Below the pieces are notes generated by a model. The model was given only the letters and a program-made list of their open reading frames with translations, was not told the origin of the DNA and searched no databases. Both the position numbers and the translations under genes were made by a program. A DNA stretch of 64,000 nt from Obrimoposthia wandeli (taxonomy: Eukaryota): the NCBI GenBank assembly GCA_977020255.1, contig CDROCS010001101.1, positions 1 to 64,000 on the forward strand, read 5' to 3'. Shown here piece by piece: positions 18,684-25,597 of this stretch. Within the stretch, counting starts at the first letter, position 1. Each line of letters opens with the position of its first letter.

Positions 18684-19049
18684 ATGAGTACAAAAATAAC
18701 CAGCCGTGGTTTTTTAGATGCCGGTTCTTTAGGTCGATTACCGACGAAAGAAGGCGCCACTGTTAACTTTGGTAATATGAAACGTGATCCCGTTCTTGGT
18801 GATGCGGGGGTGCTTGGATACAGTGAAGTATTTGAAGGTGCGCCCAGTATTAAGGCCACGATTGTTCATGCAACCACCACCGATGAAACCGCTATCAAAA
18901 ATTTCACCGGTGAAAATATTACCCTCAATACCAACAGTGGTAAAAGCTACACCTTGATGGATGCTTGGGTTGGTGAAGCACTTGAACTAACCGTTAAAGA
19001 TGGTCAGTTAGACGTGATGTTCTTTGGTACTGAACTCATACCACAATAG
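18684..19049 (+). CDS. Tail tube protein (Mu gpM-like)
   Basis: Follows the sheath gene; 121 aa; G..GY.E....P.I pattern. Confidence 0.8.
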   Translation: MSTKITSRGFLDAGSLGRLPTKEGATVNFGNMKRDPVLGDAGVLGYSEVFEGAPSIKATIVHATTTDETAIKNFTGENITLNTNSGKSYTLMDAWVGEALELTVKDGQLDVMFFGTELIPQ

Positions 19050-19066
19050 TATCGAAGGGGGTTGTC

Positions 19067-19771
19067 ATGTTATCGATATTAATAAAGCGAAAAGCGCGAG
19101 CAAGAAAAAAACAAGAAAATGAAGATAAGCCAATTCAAAGCGACATATTATCAATTAAAAGTAGCGCTAAGCAACGCGTAACACTTGAAGATAAGCCCTG
19201 GCCTGAAGTGCAAAATACCTTAAAAAGGGATTTAGAGTATTCAAGAACCTTGGCTGGCTCGCAAGAAAAAATACCGTTTAAAAAAGAACTGATTAAAAAA
19301 TATAAACCATTAGTCACCAAGTTACTTGCAACCCATGAAAATTTAGATGGGTTGGATGTCGTGTGGTGGTTCTATCAATGGCAGATTGATTGTGGCCTGT
19401 TGCCGTTAATGCACGACGCTTTTAAAGCGGCAGTGCTAAAAGGTTTAGATACACCGGCTAATTGGAAGTCGAATGGACAAACGGCGTATTGCGATATTGT
19501 TTTTAAATATTCACATGAAGCACATAAAGCGAATATCGAGTTTAATACCGCGTATTTAAGCGGTGCAATCAATGATTTGTTAGCGGGTCAGATTGCCACT
19601 AATCCACCGCTTAAAGTTAAAATGTTCCGTTTAGCGGGCGATTTATTATTACAAGCGGGTAACGCTGAAGACGCATTAACCTTGTATAACGTTGTCATGA
19701 AAATAGACCCGCAAAAAGGCGGTCGTAAAACCAAAGTGAAAGAATTAAAGGAAGCATTAGGCCATGAGTAA
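19067..19771 (+). CDS. Terminase small/endonuclease subunit, P2 gpM-like (displaced)
   Basis: LKRDL...SQEKIPFKKELIKKY...WQIDCG, helical C-terminus ending GRKTK..LKEAL. Confidence 0.75.
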   Translation: MLSILIKRKARARKKQENEDKPIQSDILSIKSSAKQRVTLEDKPWPEVQNTLKRDLEYSRTLAGSQEKIPFKKELIKKYKPLVTKLLATHENLDGLDVVWWFYQWQIDCGLLPLMHDAFKAAVLKGLDTPANWKSNGQTAYCDIVFKYSHEAHKANIEFNTAYLSGAINDLLAGQIATNPPLKVKMFRLAGDLLLQAGNAEDALTLYNVVMKIDPQKGGRKTKVKELKEALGHE

Positions 19772-20054
19772 AGCATTAGAGTTAACGTCAACAAATTCAA
19801 AAATGGTCGCGCTCGCGTCACCAATGACAGTGGGCGGTGAAGAAGTTAACGAAATTGAACTGCGTAAACCTAACGCAGGCAATTTACGTGGATTAAATTT
19901 AATCAGTGTTGTTGAAATGCACTTTGATGCTGCGATGGTATTACTCCCCCGTATATCGAAATTAAATGAACGTGACATTTTGAATATGGAGCCAGAAAAT
20001 TTTGCGCCATTGATGACGGAAATAGCGGGTTTTTTCGTGGATATGAAGCACTAG
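19764..20054 (+). CDS. Tail assembly chaperone (gpE/Mu gp41-like)
   Basis: EIELRKPNAGNLRGLNL motif; between tube and tape measure genes. Confidence 0.85.
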   Translation: MSKALELTSTNSKMVALASPMTVGGEEVNEIELRKPNAGNLRGLNLISVVEMHFDAAMVLLPRISKLNERDILNMEPENFAPLMTEIAGFFVDMKH

Positions 20055-20194
20055 CAGAGCGCGTAGAAACCTACTACGCCGATATTGCTATGGTGTTTCA
20101 TTGGCCCCCAAGTGAAATAGACATACTCAGTCTTGATGATTTATTGCTCTTTAGAGAAGAAGCGCGAATTCGTCATGAACCAGAAAGCGCCTAG
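20030..20194 (+). CDS. gpE'-like extension produced by a -1 programmed frameshift
   Basis: T-TTT-TTC slippery heptamer at 20030-20036; the -1 frame reads ...YYADIAMVFHWPPSEIDILSLDDLLLFREEARIR. Confidence 0.85.
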   Translation, partial: FFRGYEALAERVETYYADIAMVFHWPPSEIDILSLDDLLLFREEARIRHEPESA

Positions 20195-20206
20195 TGCGCT
20201 TTTTTT
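20184..20206 (+). terminator. Terminator-like hairpin before the tape measure gene
   Basis: AAAGCGC-CTAGT-GCGCTTTTTTT. Confidence 0.55.
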
Positions 20207-20229
20207 ATACCTAAAAGAGAGGTAAACCG

Positions 20230-22116
20230 ATGAAAATGAATCTATCCGTGGTGATGGGCATAGTAGATAAAACCAGTAAACCACTGCAAGGCATGGCAAG
20301 TGATTCTGATTATTACGCCAAGAAAATAAAAAAAATACAAAGCGCACAATCAGATGATTCCAGTGCATTAACCATGATTGCCTCTTACCAGAAAATTCAA
20401 AAAGAATTAGATAAAAATGCATTGGAAGGTGAAGAGGCAACAGAAAAACTTGCCAAGCTAAAGGCGCAAATGGCGGCTACAAAAGAGCCAAGCGCGGCAC
20501 TGACTAATCGCCTTGCTAAGCAAACTGAAAAAGTAGCCAAACTGTCTGCTAACAATGATAAATACGAGAACAGTCTTCACCAAACAAGCAAGCAGATGAA
20601 GAAAGCAGGCGTTAATGTTCGTCATCTTGACAGTGAGTTTGATCGCCTGTCGCAGAGCCAGCGCGATAATGCCAAACAGGTTGAAGCTGTCAGTAATAAA
20701 TATAAACGATTACGCACAGCGATGGCACCGGTTCAAAGACTGAGTCAGTCAATTAAAATGCCTAACCTTAAATCGGCGGCATTGGGTAAAGGGGCGGCTA
20801 TATTAGGCGGGTTAAGCCTGGGCGGATTATTTAGTCAGATGAATAGCGCGGCAGCTGAAATGGATAAACTGTCTAAAGCGGCGAATAACTTAAATATGCC
20901 GGTTGAAGAACTGCAAGCGATGCAATCTCAAGCGGAGCATGCGGGGGTGAGTTCGGACACGATGAGCGCCGCTATGGTGCGGTTTACCAAGCGGTTGGGT
21001 GTACTGCAAACTACGGGCAAGGGCGCGATGGGTTCGTTTCTGCAGAAGGGAAAGAATCCACTATATAGAGAGCTAAAGGGCGCGAAGGATACACAGCAAG
21101 CTTATGACAGTGTGCTTGAGTCATTTTCAAAGTTAAAGACTAACCAGGAACAGATGGCTTTTGCTGATGCTGCATTCGGGCAAGATGGACGGAAAATGTT
21201 GATCATGCTACGTGACGGCACGAAAGGCTTAACCCTTGCGCGTAAAGAATTCAATGAAACGGGTGGAGGAGTAACATCGGAAGATGCCGCCAAAGCCGAA
21301 GCGTACAATGATGCCATGCAAAAAGTGCAGGAAAGCATTAGCTCGGTGAAGTTTACCGTATTAGCACCGGTGATGATGAAGCTCACTGAGGTATTTACAG
21401 TATTTTCCAATAAATTTAAGGATGTAAAATGGCGCACCGATTTAATTGAAAAAATCAAAGCCGCAGTTAACGCGCTTTACGATGGATTTAAGTTTTTAGG
21501 CAACATCATTTTATTTATATCTCAGAATTTTAAAGGCATGATTGCAGTGCTCGCTATCTTCAAAATAGCGATGATTGCGATTAACGCAGCCGTTATGGCA
21601 AACCCAATCGGCCTCATGGTGGCTGCAATCGGTGCAGCTATTATTGCTATTATTTATTTAGTCGACAGATTCATTGGTTTTGATGTGATCTTAAAAGCGG
21701 TAGGTGAAACCATAGGTTGGGTATGGGACGGTATCAAGGCATTGATAAACATGTTGCCGGATGCTTTAATCCCCGATGGTTGGAAAGCCTCTGCAGAAGC
21801 GGCTGGGGGGGAAGTCGATAAGCTAAATCAAAAACTAAATACGATTAAAGACAAAAATGCCAAGTTAGGTATCACCACAGATGAAACGATTAATCAGACC
21901 ACAACAAGCAAATCCAATGAACAACGAAAACAAGGCTTGTCAGGGAATATTATCCCCATGTCAAAAGCAACGCCGTTAACAAACCAAACAATAAAAAGCC
22001 AAGCCGAAGTTGCCGTTACCATTAAATCAGAAAAGCCAATCAGCATAGACAAAGCAACCAGTGAGAAGGGGACTAATTTAAACCTGAATTTAGGTAATAT
22101 GATGATGAGTTATTGA
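20230..22116 (+). CDS. Tail tape measure protein
   Basis: 628 aa; Ala/Lys-rich helical; C-terminal ANPIGL..AAI hydrophobic repeats. Confidence 0.93.
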   Translation: MKMNLSVVMGIVDKTSKPLQGMASDSDYYAKKIKKIQSAQSDDSSALTMIASYQKIQKELDKNALEGEEATEKLAKLKAQMAATKEPSAALTNRLAKQTEKVAKLSANNDKYENSLHQTSKQMKKAGVNVRHLDSEFDRLSQSQRDNAKQVEAVSNKYKRLRTAMAPVQRLSQSIKMPNLKSAALGKGAAILGGLSLGGLFSQMNSAAAEMDKLSKAANNLNMPVEELQAMQSQAEHAGVSSDTMSAAMVRFTKRLGVLQTTGKGAMGSFLQKGKNPLYRELKGAKDTQQAYDSVLESFSKLKTNQEQMAFADAAFGQDGRKMLIMLRDGTKGLTLARKEFNETGGGVTSEDAAKAEAYNDAMQKVQESISSVKFTVLAPVMMKLTEVFTVFSNKFKDVKWRTDLIEKIKAAVNALYDGFKFLGNIILFISQNFKGMIAVLAIFKIAMIAINAAVMANPIGLMVAAIGAAIIAIIYLVDRFIGFDVILKAVGETIGWVWDGIKALINMLPDALIPDGWKASAEAAGGEVDKLNQKLNTIKDKNAKLGITTDETINQTTTSKSNEQRKQGLSGNIIPMSKATPLTNQTIKSQAEVAVTIKSEKPISIDKATSEKGTNLNLNLGNMMMSY

Positions 22117-22231
22117 GTGGCAATGTAGACGCTCAATAAGGTATGGCCCTATCCATATATATCCAATACAACCCATCCTGTGCCGCCAAAGTGAAGCCTT
22201 TTGAAATAATAAATTATGATGCTATAAGATA

Positions 22232-22501
22232 TTATTTGTTTCTAGCATTAAGTCTCAGTTTGTCAGGTAAAAGTCTTGTTTTCCTTTCATATAAAATAAA
22301 AATATAATAAAATCAGTTGTATATGAAGTGTTGTAAATAATTAACAAGACTTTAATAATAAATAACAGGACTGCACACTTTCCCAGAACAGATTTAAATG
22401 TCAGATTGATGTTTTATCTTATTTTATTTTTCATTTGATTAGCCGTTATTGACTAGGGTGAATGGATTTGGGGAATCGAGACGTCCTGCTATACAAATCT
22501 T
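22232..22501 (+). repeat. Conserved ~270-bp leader, copy 1 (attI-like, ends ATACAAAT-CTT)
   Basis: Alignable with 23791-24060; shared exact 26-mer AATAAATAACAGGACTGCACACTTTC (22357-22382). Confidence 0.85.
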
Positions 22502-22519
22502 ATATTTAGTAGGATGCAC

Positions 22520-23035
22520 ATGAGCGTTGACATTGATAAGTATAAATGTTTATACGAATACGAAAAAAATCTATTTGAAGAAGAAAGCGGAAGATATAGG
22601 CGTCTTGAAGACAAAGCTATGAAGTATCTAAGCGCAACAACTTTGGCAATCGGAGCTTATCTATTTCTAGTTCGTGGAATAATAGAAGAGCTTATTCCGC
22701 CGAATAATTATATTGAGTGGTTTGTTTTAATATCTGTGGGTTTGACTTTTATAGCATTTATTTCTTCATGGAGTCTTATTTTTAGAGCTATAAAACTAAC
22801 TGATATCGTTAAAATGCCTTCTGATGAAAAAACGATTAACTACTTTAAAGATAATGAGCTTGATACTGTTTACTTAGGTTTAAGTAAACAGTATTCAAAT
22901 GGTATTAAAGTCATAGAAAAAAACTATGAAAATAAGCTGAAACTTGTTCGTATGGCTTATTCCGACATTATGTTTACTGGTTGGTTGTTAGTCGTTTCAA
23001 TTATATTTATATCAATACTAAAATGGAGTACTTAA
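22520..23035 (+). CDS. Cassette A membrane protein, 3 predicted TM helices (Pycsar TM-effector-like topology)
   Basis: N-helix RLEDKAMKYL, TM1, TM2, loop, ENKLKLVRMA, TM3; AT-rich; start 22514 or 22520. Confidence 0.65.
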   Translation: MSVDIDKYKCLYEYEKNLFEEESGRYRRLEDKAMKYLSATTLAIGAYLFLVRGIIEELIPPNNYIEWFVLISVGLTFIAFISSWSLIFRAIKLTDIVKMPSDEKTINYFKDNELDTVYLGLSKQYSNGIKVIEKNYENKLKLVRMAYSDIMFTGWLLVVSIIFISILKWST

Positions 23036-23036
23036 A

Positions 23037-23165
23037 ATGAGTGAAAAAGAACAAGAAAATATCAAACCCGCTGTGCCTGTCGAAGTAGATGCGCCTGAAT
23101 TGGTTATCTGTACAGAAAGCTATAAACCACCACAACGTGATAACAAAACACAGTTGAAAGACTAA
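23037..23165 (+). CDS. 42-aa Pro/Glu-rich peptide in cassette A (missed by the ORF track)
   Basis: GGAG 8 nt before the ATG; MSEKEQENIKPAVPVEVDAPELVICTESYKPPQRDNKTQLKD; stop abuts the attC. Confidence 0.6.
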   Translation: MSEKEQENIKPAVPVEVDAPELVICTESYKPPQRDNKTQLKD

Positions 23166-23255
23166 ATAAAACAAGTTGCTCAAACGGAAAAATAACAGTG
23201 ATCATCGTTACGCGATTCTAGCCAATCATGATTTCCGATTATTAAGGTGTTACTT
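23166..23255 (+). other. Degenerate attC site of cassette A
   Basis: ATAAAAC-AAGTTGCTCAAACGGAAAAAT...ATTTCCGATTATTAAGGT-GTTA; partial stem, damaged R box. Confidence 0.55.
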
Positions 23256-23594
23256 GATAAATAGATGTTTCAGGCTTATTTTAGCTGAAACATTGATTCC
23301 CCAATTTAGTGCAAAATTATCCCACCTCTTTTAGTCCGTTATAGCTAAGTTAACATACATAAATGAGTCCTTGAGTAGGTATCTTACGTGAGTGTGCTTT
23401 TGGTTATGCGTGTTACATACAATATAAACAGAGCCTAAATCGCTTAATTGTTCCTCGCGCACTCTGCCGCCACAGCTTTACAAGAATGTATTGATAAATA
23501 ATTGATTTGCTAATGCTTTATGTTTTAAGGTAAAGGGGTAACCCTACCCCGTAATAAAGGGGTTTAATCAACCTCATGTATCTGAACTCTATTA

Positions 23595-23632
23595 AACATA
23601 ATGATAGATTGAACAAAGGCGATTAAATGGCG
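23595..23632 (+). repeat. Conserved 38-bp tail element, copy 1
   Basis: 32/38 identical to 24868-24905. Confidence 0.8.
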
Positions 23633-23660
23633 GTCAACTGGTGACTATGCACGATTAAAT

Positions 23661-23723
23661 GCGGCTATATGCGGCTATATGAGGCTATGTGCGGCTATAT
23701 GCGGCTATATGCGGCTATATGCG
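23661..23723 (+). repeat. 10-bp minisatellite (GCGGCTATAT) x6
   Basis: Five exact units and one variant GAGGCTATGT. Confidence 0.95.
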
Positions 23724-23790
23724 TATAGCAAGCTATATGCGTAGCGAGAATAATTTAATAAACATTGAAAAACAATGATTTCATACAGGG

Positions 23791-24060
23791 TTATTTGTTT
23801 ATTTCTCAGCTAAGTCACAGTTTGTAATGAAATAGTCTTTTTTTCCTTGTCCTAAATTAAAAAGGCTAATAAAATCAGTGAGCATATTTAGTCCTTGTTA
23901 ATAATTAACAGGACTTAAAAAATAAATAACAGGACTGCACACTTTCTCAACATAGGTTTTAATGTCAGATTGGCATTTTATCTTATCTTTCATTTGATTA
24001 GTTGTTATTGACTAGAGTGAATAGATTTGTGGAATCGAAACGTCCTATTATACAAATGTT
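23791..24060 (+). repeat. Conserved ~270-bp leader, copy 2 (attI-like, ends ATACAAAT-GTT)
   Basis: Alignable with 22232-22501; exact 26-mer at 23921-23946. Confidence 0.85.
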
Positions 24061-24845
24061 AGCTGTATCACATTCCACTTTGTATAGTCGTGAACTTTAA
24101 AGAGAGTAAATTCAATATTTTATGGTAAATTAGATTACATGAAAATTGAGTTAGTTAACTCTCACGACGTAAGAAGAACACTTCTCAGTTTTGTATCATT
24201 GGACTTCTATCAAAACAGCTTTAAAAGTATTACGTGGTAGAAATGTGTTTAGTAAAATGGATGCAGGTAAACATGCAAACTTTCATATCCAGCCAAATCC
24301 GAAAGACTTCGAGAAGGCAAGTGAGATATGTTTAAAGTTCAAGTTTTCTGGGAGTCACAAACTTATGTTTGGAGATACTTTTGATACCCCTAATCCACCT
24401 CCCAATTCATCTGATTCTATCTATCACTTGATCACATCGTCATGGGAGCATTATATTTCTGGCGATAGGGCAATTGGAAATATTAAACATTGGCAGAGCA
24501 ATGTGTACCCTAACACTGATGGGTTGGTTTTTTTAGGCATAGAGACGTTTGATGATAAACTTTCTTGGTTTTTTACAATTGATACAAACAAAAAAATTAA
24601 TGAGCCCAAATCTTATTTTGGCTTAATGAACTATAAAAGCTTTAAAGAGTACGAAGAAAAACTTTATTATAAAAATTTAAAGTTGGATATTGAAGAAGCT
24701 GAAATATTTTCAAAAAACAAAAAGTTTGTTGTCATACCATGTTAGTAAAACAGCTAACAAGTCACTAAAGCAGGACAAATAACCGTTGGTTTTTGCTCCT
24801 GCGTCGCTTATTTTAACCAACTATCATTTGCCTCTTAGTGAGGCG
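24058..24845 (+). mobile_element. Integron-type gene cassette B
   Basis: Begins G/TTAGCT (24058) and ends in an attC whose left box AGCTAAC (24752) is the exact reverse complement. Confidence 0.8.
24139..24745 (+). pseudogene. Cassette B hypothetical protein, possibly frameshifted
   Basis: ATG 24139 opens a 33-codon frame ending at TAG 24240; a long overlapping +1 frame (24191-24745) has no ATG until about codon 23. Confidence 0.45.
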
Positions 24846-24851
24846 TTAATT
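24752..24851 (+). other. attC site (intact) of cassette B
   Basis: AGCTAAC...GTTAATT with nested complements TCACTAA/TTAGTGA, CAAAT/ATTTG and GTTGGTT/AACCAAC. Confidence 0.88.
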
Positions 24852-24867
24852 CATTTCTCTTAGCTCT

Positions 24868-24905
24868 AACATAATGACAGACTGATCTGAGGCGATTAAA
24901 TGACG
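24868..24905 (+). repeat. Conserved 38-bp tail element, copy 2
   Basis: AACATAATGACAGACTGATCTGAGGCGATTAAATGACG. Confidence 0.8.
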
Positions 24906-25034
24906 ACAACCACATGACGGTAGATACGAAGAAGGACTAATTCAATAAGTTACCCAATATCAGTTTAAAAAATTGGTACTAGATTCAAATAATAAGCGCA
25001 TCAATGAGGTATTTTTTTAGCTAATTAACGTACA

Positions 25035-25100
25035 TGTGGTCATAAAGTGGACGTATATTAACAATAAAGCATTAAATTCAACAACTTAAATATAATGTGG
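25035..25100 (+). other. Candidate attR region (arm-type repeats + IHF-like site)
   Basis: TGTGGTCA (25035) and AGTGGACG (25046) resemble the P2 Int arm consensus TGTGGACA; ATTCAACAACTTA (25076) is one mismatch from WATCAANNNNTTR. Confidence 0.4.
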
Positions 25101-25123
25101 AACCACCTTCGGGTGGTTTTTTT
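25101..25123 (+). terminator. Rho-independent terminator
   Basis: AACCACC-TTCG-GGTGGTT-TTTTT. Confidence 0.85.
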
Positions 25124-25240
25124 ATTTGTGCATTTTATGGTTTAACGTCTATATTATTAACAGTGGGATTGAAAATATTAACGTGTTTTTACGTTAATAT
25201 GACCATCAGAATTAATACTGTATTCTTTGGAGTAGTTATA

Positions 25241-25579
25241 ATGGACATATTAAAACCTTATGATGGAATGATAATTTTACCTATCGTCACAGATCTAGAT
25301 TCTGAGCATGTAGTCAATCTTCAGCCTAGTTTAGAATTGTTAGTTCAAAATCATAAAGAGAATATTATTTTAGATTTTTCAAACGTGAACTTTATCGACT
25401 CAACAGGTATCGGTGCGATTGTTTTTTTATTCAAAAGACTTACCTCACAACGTCGTTCACTTTCTCTTCTTAAAGTATCAGGTCAACCACATAAATTAAT
25501 GACGATGTTACGTGTTGAAAACGCAATTCCTTTTATTGAAAACATTCCTGAATCTAGTACAGATAACTCGGCATACTGA
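25241..25579 (+). CDS. STAS-domain anti-sigma-factor antagonist (SypA-like)
   Basis: LDFSNVNFIDSTGIGAIV with phosphorylatable Ser; start ATG 25241. Confidence 0.9.
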   Translation: MDILKPYDGMIILPIVTDLDSEHVVNLQPSLELLVQNHKENIILDFSNVNFIDSTGIGAIVFLFKRLTSQRRSLSLLKVSGQPHKLMTMLRVENAIPFIENIPESSTDNSAY

Positions 25580-25597
25580 AAAGCCGTAAGGTATTGA

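Larger units (their letters stand above)
1..22190. mobile_element. Prophage with P2-like head and Mu-like tail (late region); left part lies outside the window, right boundary either ~22.2 kb or ~25.1 kb
   Basis: Contiguous ogr, baseplate, fibre, lysis, portal, terminase, scaffold, capsid, tail and tape-measure genes; host genes resume at 25241. Confidence 0.95.

Noticed and set aside
22232-22501. Tn7/Tn402-type transposon end (TAAAGTCTT and GACTGCAC resemble TnsB/TniA boxes)
   Set aside because: No terminal TGT at the homology boundary, no matching inverted end and no transposase; the matches are only 8-9 bp.
23580-23620. Full dif/pdif site
   Set aside because: Only the XerD-like arm matches; no XerC arm at the 6-bp spacing in either copy.
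23700-23810. Possible eroded intI stub on the minus strand (ATG 23784, MKSLFFNVY*) with a decayed LexA-like box beside leader copy 2
   Set aside because: Only nine codons before a stop, not present at leader copy 1, and the similarity is too weak to support a call.
25097-25240. 48-aa N-terminal extension of the STAS ORF in the ORF track
   Set aside because: It runs through a terminator hairpin; ATG 25241 has a GGAG RBS and gives a normal STAS length.
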